Positions 49,281 through 61,809 of a DNA stretch of 64,000 nucleotides are shown one piece after another. The DNA lies in contig NC_057717.1 of the NCBI RefSeq assembly GCF_004010195.1, forward strand, positions 102,917,676-102,981,675, in the 5' to 3' direction. The position numbers were made by a program, and so were the translations under genes. The notes beneath the pieces were generated by a model. That model made no database searches. It worked only from the letters and a program-made list of their open reading frames with translations, and had not been told where the DNA came from. How positions within the stretch are numbered: position 1 is the stretch's first letter; each line of letters starts with the position of its first letter. The stretch is from Chiloscyllium plagiosum. Its lineage: Eukaryota.

Positions 49281-50934
49281 GTTTATTTGTGGCCTGCTGG
49301 GCTGTCACAGACACCAGTTAATCTTCAACCACGTTGCTGTGGGTCTGGAGTCACATGTCGTCCAGACCAGTTTCCTTTCCTAAAGGACATTAATGGACCC
49401 GATAGGTTTTCACAACAATCACTGATAGTTTCACAGGCACCAGCACTGAGACTTGCTTCCAACTCTTTGATGGAATTTAAATTCTACTTGCGGGAGTGGT
49501 GCAGGAGCTTCCCAAATGACCTCCCCAAAACAAGAGGGACAAGTAGAGACATTAACAGTAGGAAGTGAGTGGGGATGGAGACTGGGTTACTTTAACATTG
49601 TGTCTGTCCTGTTGGCAGCAGGCAGAATGGGTGAGAGTTTCCCGAATATTCTGTCACAGTGATGCATAAAGTGAATTATGTGTTCGCATATAAACCGCTG
49701 ACGCAGAAACAGGAAAACAATAAGATGTAATTACATAGTGCCTTCAACGGAGTAAAATATTCCAATACGCTGCATGTGGACATTTTAAAATGGATGTTAC
49801 AACAGCTTACTGGAGTGGCTGGGATTTGAACCTCCTGGCTTTGGGATAGGGATGCCGCCACTGTGCTACAGGAGCCCTCAAAACAGTACACATATGGCAA
49901 TATCAGGGCAGCTGAACATTGGTCAAAGAGGTCAGATTTAAATAAGCATTTTAAACATGTCCTTCAGGATGGGAAGTCAGATCTTAGGCAGTGCAATAAA
50001 TATGTCGAACAATATTTGCAACAAGAGGTTAGAGGTTTCTTCTAAGAATGCCTTCCAGAAAGAGCGCACAAAGATATAACAGTCTCATATAGACTTCCTG
50101 ATGCATTGTTGTATCTGAACGAAGTCATACCTGCTTCAGACTTACAGCATTGACTTAGCCTGTGAATACTAACTGGATAGCTTGAGAGAGATCTGCAATG
50201 CAGGTCTTAGGGGAAAGGTACTATAATAAAGAACTGTCTATCAAGCAAGGACAAAGAATCAAAACAGCAGCAGGGGGAACAAAATGTAATCTATGCAAAC
50301 ACAGTCAATGGGCATAATGGTCTTCCTGTGTCCTTGTACAAAAGCATGTGCTTCCTCTAATCTGTCAGCTGTCCAGTCAGTGCTGGGCAGGTAGGTCAGT
50401 CACCAGAGGTCACAGGTTAAAGATAATTGGCCAACAATACAGGTGACAGAGTCTTTAACTCACGTTATTCACAACAGCAACTTGCATTTATGTCACTCCT
50501 CCAATGTATTGCAACATTCCTAAGGCATTTCACAGACGTGTTATCGAACACAATCTAACTTCGAAGCCACATGAAATTCTGGGACTGGTGACTGATAGCC
50601 TCAAACCTCCGGTAAAGGGAATGTTGAAGCTGGAGAGGGAATTTCCGAGCCCAGGCTCGTGGAGTTGATTGAGCTGGCTACCCATGGGTAGAGCAATTCA
50701 GACTGCAGGAGCGTGGATCTCAGAGGGTTGTAGGGTTGAGGATGGGTGCAGAGACTGCAAGCAGGTGAGAACAAAGCAATCTGAAAAGAATCATGGAAAT
50801 GACTACAGGACAGATATTTGGTCTATTGCTTCCATGCAGAGTCCTGAAGGAGAAATGAACCAAGGGCCACTCTCTAGTCTCTTCCCTGCAAATGTTTCCT
50901 CTTCAGATAATGATCTATCCACACGACTAGAGCA

Positions 50935-52365
50935 GGGTGGTAAGGACAAGCCAGGGAACTATAGACCTGTGAGTCTGATGTTGGTAGTGGGCAAGTTGTT
51001 GGAGGGAATGCTGAGGGACAGGATGTACATGTATTTGGAAAGGCAAGGACTGATTCGGGATAGTCAACATGGCTTTATGCGTGGGAAATCATGTCTCACG
51101 AACTTGGTTGAGTTTTTTGAAGAAGTAACCAAGAGGATTGATGAGGGCATGGTGGTAGATGTGATCTACATGGGCTTCAGTAAGGCGTTCGACAAGGTTC
51201 CCCATGGGGGACTAGTGAGCAAGGTTAGATCTCATGGAATACAGGGAGAACTAGCCATTTGGATACAGAACTGACTCAAAGGTAGAAGACAGAGGGTGAT
51301 GGTGGAGGGTTGCTTTTCAGACTGGAGGCCTGTGACCAGTGGAGTGCCACAAGGATCGGTGTTGGGTCCTCTACTTTTCTTAATTTACATTAATGATTTG
51401 GATGTGAGCAGAGGAGGCACAGTTGGTAAGTTTGCAGATGACACCAAAATTGGAGGTGTAGTGGACAGCAAAGAGGGTTACCTCAGATTACAACAGGATC
51501 TGGACCAGATGGGCCAATGGGCTGAGAAGTGGCAGAAAGAGTTTAATCCAGATAAATGTGAGGTGCTGCATTTTGGGAAAGCAAATCTTAGCAGGACTTA
51601 TACACTTAATGGTAAGGTCCTTGGGAGTGTTGCTGAACAAAGAGACCTTGGAGTGCAGGTTCATAGTTCCTTGAGAGTGGAGTCACAAATAGATAAGATA
51701 ATGAAGAAGGCATTTGGTATGCTTTCCTTTATTGGTCAGAGTATTGAGTACAGGAGTTGGAGGTCATGTTGCGGCTGTATGGAAGGTCATGTTGCGGCTG
51801 TACAGGATGTTGGTTAGGCCACTGTTGGAATATTGCATGCAGTTCTGGTCTCCCTATCAGAAAGATGTTGTGAAAATTGAATGGGTTCAGAAAAGATTTA
51901 CAAGGATGTTGCCAGGGTTGGAGGATTTGAGCTATAGGGAGAGGTTTAATAGGCTGGGACTGTTTTCCCTGGAGCATCGGAGGTTGAGGGGTGACCTTAT
52001 AGAGGTTTATAAAGTCATGAGGGGCATAGATAGGGTAAATAGACAAATCCCTGGGGTGGGGGATTCCAGATCTAGAGGGAATAGGTTTAGGGTGAGAGGA
52101 GAAAGGTATAAAAGAGACCTAAGGGGCAACTTTTTCACACAGAGGGTGGTACATTCATGGAATGATCTGCCAGAGGATGTGGTGGAGGCTGGTACGGTTG
52201 CAACATTTAACAGGCATTTGGATGGGTATATGAATAGGAAGGGTTTGGAGGGATATGGGCCGGGTGCTGGCAGGTGGGACGAGATTGGATTGGGATATCT
52301 GGTTGGCATGGATGAGTTGGACCAAAGAGTCTGTTTCTGTGCTGTACATCTCTATGACTCTATGA
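50935..52365 (+). mobile_element. CR1 (HER1-like) LINE, 1.4-kb 3' fragment with reverse transcriptase domain (pseudogenised)
   Basis: PGNYRPVSL..SQHGFMRGKSCLTNL..FSKAFDKVPH; SGVPQGSVLGPLLFLIYINDL..KFADDTK; stop at 51272-51274 and frameshifts; ctctatgactctatga tail. Confidence 0.97.
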
Positions 52366-53059
52366 ATGAACTTGCTGAAGAAGGAAGGCAATGTTAAAAT
52401 GAGACCAGGAGCTAACAAGCAGCAAGGGGCCCAGTCTGATTTGCAGCAGAAACAACCCAGACTTGCTTGAACTTCAAATCACCAAATGCAAAATCCTGTA
52501 AGAGTTGTCATCATCGGGCGAAGGGTTCAGGTTGGTTTTCTTTGCAGGTTTCAAAGACACTTCCACACCCTTACCAAGGGTGGGTTATACTAGCCATTCA
52601 GAATTAGCCTCAGAGGAGTTTCATGATATTGACCAGAGCATAAGAGTCACACATCCGAAACTGACATTTGGAAGTGAATATTCGTTGGGGTGGAGGGTGT
52701 GGGTAAGGGATGTCACAGTATTCACCCAGCACATTTTGATCTTACACACTTCTGGAGCAGACAGGGTGAAGAACCTGGACCTCCTGTCTCAGAGATAGGG
52801 ACATTGCCACTGCATCACAAGAGCCAGAACACAGTGTTGCAATGAAATAAGATAATGATTTGATCGATTAAGTCAACACTTGCTCACAGTACCTCAAGTT
52901 TCAATTGTTCCATTCAAAACTCATCACTTTATTTCCTCACTGACACCTGGTTTATCTTTCACTGACCTAACTGAAAGCAAAGTACTATGGATTCTCAGAA
53001 ACAGAAAGTACTGGAGGAATTATAGGGTTTCCTACAGCACCTTCTAGTTATTCTGATCT

Positions 53060-53790
53060 CATTAGGCTGAGAGGAGAAAGGTATAAAAAAGATCTCAGGG
53101 ACAACGTTTTTACGCAGAATGTATGGAATGGGCTGCCAGAGGAAGTGGTGGAGGCTGGTACCATTGCAACATTTAAAAGGCATCTGGATGGGTATTTGAA
53201 TAAGGAAGGGTTTGAGAGTTTGCATCAATATTTACAACACCATAAGAGCAAGGAGCTGAAATTAGGCCATTCAGCACATCCATCCTCTGAGAGTGCCACT
53301 TCTCCCCTCCCTTCTCCAACTGTCCTGAATACCAAGATATTTCTTCTAACCAATCTGCTCAATTTCCTGCATCTAGAATGCAATCTATCCCTCATGGTAT
53401 CCTCCAGCCATAGAACAACATCGAGCATAGAGCAGTACCGCTCAGGAACAGGCCCTTCGGCCCACAGTGTTATGCTGAACAATTGCGTCTTCTGCCTGCC
53501 CTTGGTCCACACTCCCTCCAATCCTTGAATATTCATGTGCTTACCTAAAGGTCATTTACTAATGTAGCCGCTTCCACCACCACCCTGGCAGCGTGTTCCA
53601 GACTCCTACCACTCTTTCTGTAAAAATACTTGCCCCTCACATTTCCTTTGAACTTTTCACCCCTCTCACCTTAAATGAATGCCACCTCATATCAGACATT
53701 TCAGCCCGGGAAAAAATATTCTGACTGCCAACCCTATCTAAACATCTCATAAATGTATAGACTTCTCTCAAGTCTCCCCCAGCCTCGGTT
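53060..53790. mobile_element. CR1 3' fragments (plus about 53060-53217; minus about 53410-53790)
   Basis: VEAGTIATFKRHLDGYL; reverse tail caggaacaggcccttcggcccac. Confidence 0.75.
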
Positions 53791-55986
53791 ATCCAGGATT
53801 TGATGTGTGCCAATCAACATTGCATACTCCCTCCTCAGGACCCCTTAAGTACAGGCATAACCTTAAAGGGGGAGCAGGCAGTATGGGTCTAAACACCTCC
53901 TCTATGAACCTGCTGCCTGGCAAATGGCCACCTACAATTTCCTTATGGATATTGTTAGTCAACCTGATCAGATGTGTTATGCCACACCACTGGGACTTGA
54001 ATAATGACCTTCTGGCTCAATGGTAGAGACACTACCACAGTGCACAAGAGCCCTGCATAACTTCCTGCATCAATTATTTCCTGTCTCCTGCAAGGCTATG
54101 CACCAGGGGCTCGAAAGTGGGATTAACGTGAGCTTGTTTGTGCAAGCTGGCACAGACATGGAGGGCTGAATGGCCTCTCTCTGTGCTGTATCTCTCCTTT
54201 GTTTCTCTGATTCCTGCGACCTCTGCCCTCCGATCCCGCCCTCATCCTCTGATTGGACCTTTAACCCCTCTGAGACTTTCTACATGACACCCAAAGCCAC
54301 AGTCAGCTGCAATTTAATTATGCAGTTCCCTCTATTGGGAGGTGAAATCTGTCATCTTGAACTTGTCACTTTATCTGATTTTAAAGGAAAAACAAAAGCC
54401 TTTGATGCGATTATTCTGAAAGCTAGGAGCACTGAAAACAAATTGCATTCTGGTAATATTTTTATCCTGTGATTGTTCTGTCATAATCACAATAAGATAA
54501 AGTTGTCTAATGGAATTCTACACTCGTTTAATGTTCCTTTTTGTCCACTTTCACCATCGCCTGTACTGTTTGCACTGCCTTTCATTATTTTCTTGTTCTC
54601 TGTGTCAGATCAGGGTGAGGCTCAATTCACTGGCAACATCCAGAACAGATGAGGGCATTCAGTCCATCAAACCCATTCTGTTCCTCTGTTAGATCATGGC
54701 TGGTCTGTGCTGTGAATCCATTCATCAGGGGTTTATCTCTGACCCCTTATTATCCAAAACTGACACTAGTCTGTCCATCTTAGCCTTAACTTGCAACTGA
54801 TCCTTAGCATTCAAAGTCTCTTTTGGGGAGATAATTCCTGTAATTTTAAGGTTTAAGCATCTTGACTGAGTTGTGACTCGATCTTCCATACTTGAGGAAT
54901 GCAAGTCTAGGACCCAAAGGACTTATCGTACATGAGATTGAACAGTAAACGTTAGCATTCTATGCAACCTTCATGATCAGGTTTACAGTGTCCACCTTCC
55001 ATGTTCAGGGTCAATTCTGCCATGGTGACTATCCCCCAACCCTACACGCCAAAAACACATGTCTCTCCTCACCCCAATAAACCCTACTGCTACCCACATC
55101 ATGGAATTCCAACAATCACCATCAAGATTCTTCCATACCTGTGCAAGTTAGACCCAGGTAATAAATTGCTGAATCTTTGCTTTGGAGACCTGATCTATCC
55201 TTGATGCTGTGACCAGAACTGAATGCAGTTCCTCCAGACACAATCTAGGGGGAGTCGATTGTCTAGTGGTAACTTCACTGGACTGGATTCGCACTCAGCT
55301 CAGGCGAAGTGGGTTCAAATCCCCAATGATAGCTGACAGGATTTCAAATTCAGTTACCAATTCTGGCCCTTCAAACCATCCTGCATCACCAATCCATGTC
55401 CTTAACTGGAATGCCTTGCATGTGACACCTCAGTTCCCCTTAGGAGCAACTATTGATGGCCTTATGTGCGATGACCACATACTGTGGAAAGGTAAACATC
55501 TGGAAAAGAATTCACAATCTAACCTGCCACCTCCATCATTTTGAAAATTAACACCCTTAAATTATTGCCTTGTGTTAGAGGTGAGAGTGGACCTTTAACT
55601 GCTGCGGTCTTGGGATGATGGTCTTCCCCGGAAGGGTATTTGGAAGATTGTTGAAGGATTCTGACCCAGTGGCATGGCCTAGAATGTGGAGCTTTTTGTG
55701 CTGTACTGGTAGTATCCCTGCCTTTGGAACTGAAAGGCCTGGGTTCAAATTTTACCTCCTCTACAGGTGTGTATGTGTGTGTGTGTTACTACAGGTCTGA
55801 ACAGATTGATCTGAAATACTCAGAGAATAATGCGTGTGGATTTTGTAAAATCTTGAAATGGTAAAAGAAACAAGCGCCCGACAATGATTAGCTCCAGGCT
55901 GTTTAAGAAGCATTTTGCATTTAAGTAGCACCTGCAACGTCCTAAAACATCCCAAGGTGGTCCACAGGAGCATATTCAAATGAAAG

Positions 55987-56165
55987 GTCAAGAAATGTGG
56001 CGTTGGAAAAGCACAGCCGGTCAGGCAGCATCCGAGGAGCAGAGAATTGACGTTTCAAGAGTAACCAATCATCTCCTGCTCCTTGGATGCTGCCTGAGTG
56101 ACTGTGCTTTTCCAGCACCACACGTTTTGACTCTGATCTGCAGCATCTGCAGTCCTCGCCCTCTC
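55987..56165. mobile_element. Family A fold-back short element
   Basis: Inverted arms; TSD catattca(a/g)atgaaag at 55971-55986 and 56166-56181. Confidence 0.87.
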
Positions 56166-56364
56166 CATATTCAGATGAAAGCATTCAAGAAGCCACATGG
56201 GGCTAACTGGGTAGATGACCCAAATGTTTGGTCAGACACAAGTTGCAGCCTGGAGAGGGGCAGGGAGCACAGGGAAAGATTTAGGGTTGAAATGTTCATT
56301 TTTTTTTAAGGAGGGAGGTAAAGCGGGGGGAGATGTTTAGTTTGCTTTTTTGGCGGGAGGGAGG

Positions 56365-56878
56365 CAGAGTTTGATTGATTGTCACGTGTATCGAAGTATA
56401 ATGAAAAGCTTTGTTTGCGAGCAGTACAAACAGATCACAGTCGGCAAGGATGTACAGATCAAAAAAGACTTAGACAAAGGCATAGGGTTACATCACATGG
56501 GAGTGCGCTGGGCAAGATCAATGTTAACAAGATTTGCATTATTTGAGGCTAGACAGTCCATTCATCAGTCCAATAATGACCGGGAAGAAGCTGTTCCTGA
56601 ATCTGCTGGTGCATGTGTTCAGGCTTCTGTACCTTCTGCCTGACGGAAGAGGTTGTAGGAGATCATTATCAGAATTCCACAGCAGCAAGCTGTGTAAATG
56701 GAGCCCAAGGATGGGAGGTTGGCTTCTGTCTTGGTGTGGGCTGTGCTCACCACCCTCTGTAGTTTCTTACGGTCCTGGGCAGAGCAGTTGCCATACCAGG
56801 CTATTATACACCCAGAGAGTATGCTTTCATTGGTGCATCTGTAGAAGTTGGTGAGGGTCCTTACCGACATGCCAGATT
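56365..56878 (-). mobile_element. Rex1/Babar-like LINE 3' fragment
   Basis: ORF 56619..56870 MSVRTLTNFYRCTNESILSGCIIAWYGNCSAQDRKKLQRVV. Confidence 0.88.
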
Positions 56879-56886
56879 TTTGTTTT

Positions 56887-57208
56887 GGATTACTTACAGT
56901 GTGGAAACAGGCCCTTCAGCCCAGCAAGTCCACACTGACCCGCCAAAGCAAGTCCACACTGACCCACCCAGACCTATTCCCCTACATTAACCCCTTCACC
57001 TAACACTACGGGCAATGTAGCATGGCCAATTCACCTAACCTGCACATTTTTGGACTGTGGGAGGAAACCAGAGCACCCGGTGAAAGCCCACGCAGACACG
57101 GGGGGAATGTGCAAACTCCACACAGTCAGTCGCCTGAGGCGGGAATTGAACCCGGGTCTCTGATGCTGTGAGGCAGCAGTGCTAACCACTGAGCCACCGT
57201 GCCGCCCA
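56887..57208 (-). mobile_element. HE1 SINE (young subfamily)
   Basis: Near-consensus; internal duplication of caagtccacactgaccc. Confidence 0.93.
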
Positions 57209-57315
57209 TAAAACGTGGACTGTATTGGTGGAGGGTTGTAACCTTACTCTGGGACAAGAGTCCTGAATTTAAGTGCCACTTTGCTCCAAAGGTATTAGCT
57301 ACCTGGGGAAGAAGA

Positions 57316-57436
57316 ATCACACTAGCTTTCGGAGCGACGCTCCTTCATCAGGTGATTGTGGACTATAACCTATAACCTGGTGTTGTGTGATTTTTAACTT
57401 TGTACACCCCAGTCTAACACCGGCATCTCCAAATCA
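57316..57436. mobile_element. Family F short element with inversion
   Basis: Perfect 12-bp TSD tggggaagaaga at 57304-57315 and 57437-57448; right part matches 45180-45227. Confidence 0.88.
57320..57354 (-). ncRNA. Minimal type-I hammerhead ribozyme motif (intact core)
   Basis: CAC-CUGAUGA-A-GGAGC(GUC)GCUCC-GAAA-GC-UA-GUG; helix I CAC/GUG; AGCU palindrome. Confidence 0.8.
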
Positions 57437-58453
57437 TGGGGAAGAAGAGGTGCTTTTGTACTGTCTTGAGGAATGAAAAGCTCAGTTTTAAGGAGGAGGG
57501 AGGCAAAGAGGGCGGAAGCGATTGAGGGACCCAAAGCTCATCCATTTGGTGGGGCAGAGAAGCAGAGAGAGGGAGAGATTCAGGGAAGGGATTTCAGAGG
57601 TTGGGGTCCGAGCAACTGGAGGCACAGTTGCCAACGGCTAAAGAGATTAAAATCAGGAGGTCCAACCTAACAATGTGCACAGATCTCAGAGAGTGGGTAG
57701 GGCTGGAGAAAGGGCTGAGAAATTACTCATACGGTTAGTGAGATTGTATGATAAATATGGCGGACTAGCTTCTACAATTTACATGCATTCAGAATGGAGT
57801 GCATAAAATATCGAAAGAAAAGTCGTCTCGAGTTGCCAGAAATTCAAACACATTCCAACGTGAGCACCAGTCTCTGAATAAATTTTAAGAAAGAATGAGA
57901 ACTTTTAACAGCTCTGAGGCAAGCATGCCTGGTCTTTGTCAGTTATTGGTTGAATTTTATTGTTTTGTCAATAGTCGTAAAATCAAAATATAATTATTAT
58001 CCACCCTCTTTTTGCAATTCCCATCAAAATACAGTCAACATCTAGCTCGCTTTCAGGAGTGTTACAGATCACTTCACTGTATGCAGACAGTTTAAGGATT
58101 GTTATTTATTGGGACCTAAAGTAAGGGTTTTAAATCTCTGTTTTCCTTCTTATTCCTCCAGCTTTTTTGCTTCTCCTCCCCTTTTGAGTGGTCTCTGGGG
58201 TCCGGTTCCATGTTGCTGTGGTATGTTATCAGAATGATTGCTGTTCACTGACAGTTGAATTGTGACTATGCTGGAGATGGGGTAGCATTGTTGCAATAGG
58301 CAGACCTGATAGTTCAATGTGCTCAAACACACACCCATCCTCCTCCCAGAAGTATACTTTGTATTTAGCTGCAATGCAATACAGCAGTGAAAAACTGTCA
58401 TTCGATCATACGGAACTTGAATATCGGTGATAAAATAAAAGCACCTTTTGCCC

Positions 58454-58665
58454 AACCAAAAACAGAAATTGCTGGAAAAGCTCAGCAGGTCTGGCGGCAT
58501 CTGCACAGAGAAATCAAGAGTTAATGGTTCGGTTCTGAGGAAGGGTCACTGGACCCGAAATGCTAACTATTGCTTTCTCTTCGTAGATGCTGCCAGACCT
58601 GCTGGGTTTTTCCAGCAATTTCTGTTTTTGTTTCTGATTTACAGCAACCGCACTTACTTCGGATT
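58454..58665. mobile_element. Family C fold-back short element
   Basis: aaaaacagaaattgctggaaaa / ttttccagcaatttctgttttt arms; hammerhead GUU-CUGAGGA-A-GGGUC(ACUG)GACCC-GAAA-UG-CU-AAC at 58532-58567 (cleavage site mutated). Confidence 0.88.
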
Positions 58666-58757
58666 GTAGTTTCTGTCCACTTTTCCTCTGCCCGTCAGGA
58701 AAATTTGCAAGAATGCCAGTGTAAAGGGAGCGATGTTTTGGTACTGTATGAGAGTTG

Positions 58758-58869
58758 AAAAGTGTGGTGCTGGAAAAACACAGGAGGCCAGGCAGCATCT
58801 GAGGAGCAGGAGAATCGACGTTTCGGGCATAAGCCCTTCTTCCAGCATGCGCAGTCCTCACTTTCTTCC
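58758..58869 (-). mobile_element. Family A short element with inversion, inside an older repeat (family G, about 58690-59065)
   Basis: Perfect 15-bp TSD actgtatgagagttg at 58743-58757 and 58870-58884. Confidence 0.9.
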
Positions 58870-59249
58870 ACTGTATGAGAGTTGCATGCTGATTGATTGG
58901 CAAGTGGACTCTGATTGGCAAGTGGACTCTGATTGGCACAGATGTTGTCATGAATGAGACAACAGTTAGATGACAACTGACAGTTAACTGCCAAGTATTA
59001 TTACTTTGGTAATTTTTATTTTTTGCAGATTGTCCCGATGAGATCAGGAGGGACAGCTTCAATAGTCAGTGCCTTCATTTGAGCCATACACAATGTCACG
59101 TTCTTCCTGAGCTGCTCAGTCGTGTAATTTAGCAGATGAAAACTGACTGAAGGACTTCCTTTTGTATTGAACCTTTCATGTCAGGAATTCTCAAGGCTCT
59201 TTGATGCTACTGATGCTTTTTTTTTATGTGTTGGCAGTACAGACTAACA

Positions 59250-59590
59250 ACCACATTCTGCCACATTTCTCAAGTGATGAGCATGGTTCACAATGCGATA
59301 ATGAACAGGTAATCTGTTCCGGTAATATTGATTCAGAGGTAGATATTGGAGTGAACTCCCATACACTTCCTCAATGTGGTGTCGTGAAATCGTTTGCACC
59401 CAACTAAACAGGTAGCACAAGCCTGGGTTTAATGTCTCTACCAGAAGGCAGCACCTCCAACTATGCAGTACCCCCAACAGTGCTGCACCAGAGTATAAGA
59501 CTTGGCTTTTATGGGATCACGCTGGGATTGTGTGTTGAGCATAGGACCGTATGGACCAAAGGCAGGCACATTACTAACTGAGGCACAGCT
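59250..59590 (-). mobile_element. Old Deu-domain SINE remnant
   Basis: gggtttaatgtctcta..gaaggcagcacctccaactatgcagtacccc..cagtgctgcacc. Confidence 0.6.
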
Positions 59591-59988
59591 GTCCTTTAAT
59601 GTAGAAAACATGGCAATCGATGTGTGCACAGTGAAATCCTACAGATGGTGATGTGATATTGAGTCCAGAGCTGCTTCAGTGTTGGTTGTTGAATACCAGT
59701 AGGAATACATTCCAGGAATATCAATAGCTCAGAAATGCCTAACAAGTGTTTGGACATAATGCCTCGAAGCTTTTGACTGACAGATTTGTTTTATTCTTTC
59801 ATTTGCCTCACATGAATTGTTGGATTAATCCAAATGATAAAGATTCAGCTTGAACCTTGGTGAGAAATTTCTATTTGAGAAATGGGCCTTTTGGAGTACT
59901 TTTTTTCTCAGGAAGCTCATATCTAAAAAGGTTCTGATCATAAACTCCTGCTTATTCCACTCCATGTCCAGCACGCATCCTTGGCCAA

Positions 59989-60325
59989 TGGGTGGCACAG
60001 TGATCCAGTGGTTAGCACTGCTGCCTCAGAGTGACAGGTTCCTGAGTTGGATTCCAATCTTGGGCAACTGTGTGGAGTTTGCATGCTCTCCCCGTGGCTG
60101 TGTGGGTTTCCTCCGGGTGCTCTGGTTTCCTCCCACAGTCCAAAGCTGTGCAGGTTAGGGTGGATTAGCCATGCTAAATTGCCGATAGTGTGCAGGCTAG
60201 GTAGATTAGCTATAGGAAATACCGTGTTACAGGTTAGGGGGTGGGTGTGGTTGGAATGTTCGTCAGAGGGCTGGTTTACACTTGCTGGGCTGAATGGCCT
60301 GCTTCCATAATTGGGGATTCTATGA
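59989..60325 (+). mobile_element. HE1 SINE
   Basis: Head, V-domain and ggggattctatg tail. Confidence 0.9.
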
Positions 60326-60831
60326 ATGTTCCCTTAATGTCAAGTAAATGTTACATTTTCAGACATTTATTTCCTTAGTGTGTTTCTGCAGTAATCCTTT
60401 TTTATCCTTCTACATCTGTTTTCTGAAACTACACAACATTGGAGCATTGAATGGTCCACTCCGAATTATAAGGCCTCTGTCTGCTTGATTAAAATAATGT
60501 GACAAGGTCAAATTAACTCAGAAGAGAAAGTAGCTCTGTCTGCTTCCCATAAAGATGCGATAGCTTTTTAAAAATGCATCCGAACAGCAATTACCACTGA
60601 ACCAGAAAGAGGTTAACTGAAGAACCCTAACAGCAGGATGAAAACAGCAGCAGTTTACATTTTAAAGATTCTGTGTAAAATGTAAAAACACTCACATAAA
60701 CAAATGCATCTCCTATTCAGTGCTGCCTGAAAACACCACACAGACGCACACATTGTTATACATGTGAATGCTGTTACAGCCAGTCCCCTACCAAGGGTGC
60801 TCAGTTCATTTTGGTTCAACCCAGGTCGACA

Positions 60832-61455
60832 GGGTAATGAAGAAGGCATTTGGTATGCTTGCCTTTACTTGGTCAGTGCATTGAGTACAGGAGTTGGGAG
60901 GTCATGTTATGGCTGTATAGGACATTGGTTAGGCCACTTTTGGAATACTGTGTGCAGTTTTGTAGGAAGGATGCTGTGAAACCTGAAAGCTTTCAGAAAA
61001 GATTTTAAAAAGGATGTTGCCAGGGTTGGAGGGTTTCAGCTAATGGGAGAGGCTGAATACACTGGGGCTATTATCCCTGGAACATCGGAGGCTGAGGGGT
61101 GACCTTTTAGCGGTTTATAAAATCATGAGGGGCATGGATAGGATAAATATACAAAGTCTTTTCCCTGGTGTAGGGGAGTCCAAAACTAGACGGTGTAGGT
61201 TTAGAGTGAGAGGAGAAAGATCTAAAAGGGACCCAAGGGGCAAAGCTTTCAGGCAGAGGGTGGTGTGTGTATGGAATGAGCTGCCAGAGGAAGTGATGGA
61301 GGGCATCTGGATGGGTATATGAATAGGAAGGGCTTAGAGGGATATCAGCCAAATGCAGGCAAATGGGACGAGATTGATTTAGGATATCTGGTTGACATGG
61401 ATGAGTTGGATAGTAGAGTTTGTTTCCATGCTGGTACAGCTCTTTGACTCTCTGT
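60832..61455 (+). mobile_element. CR1 (HER1-like) LINE, 5'-truncated
   Basis: MRGMDRINIQSLFPGVGESKTR..FRVRGER..QRVVCVWNELPEEV; ctctttgactct tail. Confidence 0.92.
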
Positions 61456-61809
61456 TCCTGGGTCAAGAAGGATACTTCGTGTCTTTACTCAGCACCTCCC
61501 TTAATTGGTCGCAAAAAGGTCAATTTTAAAAAGGATGTTTAAAGAAAAGAGGTTACCTCATGGAAACCTTTCCCCAATCCAAATATACGTACATTTCCAA
61601 AGAAGCAAATTTAACCAGACTTTCTCCATTTAAAGAAAGTGTGAGTTTGTCAGGTACTAAACATGGGAAGAGTTCCTTCAGAGTTGAATGTGACTTGGAT
61701 ACTGATCTCAAGGCCTGTCATTCATCCAGAAACTCCCCCGTGCTCACCCGTCAGCTCTTAGTGTGCTGGTTGGCAGTTGATTGGACAGGTTTGCTCATTG
61801 TTATGTTGG

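Noticed and set aside
50669..52397. Functional reverse transcriptase gene
   Set aside because: 5'-truncated CR1 with a stop and frameshifts; the N-terminal part of ORF 50669 is unrelated flanking DNA.
58892..58938. Tandem tgattggcaagtggactc repeats (CCAAT boxes or CRISPR-like)
   Set aside because: About 2.5 adjacent copies with no spacers inside an old repeat; a local duplication in eukaryotic DNA.
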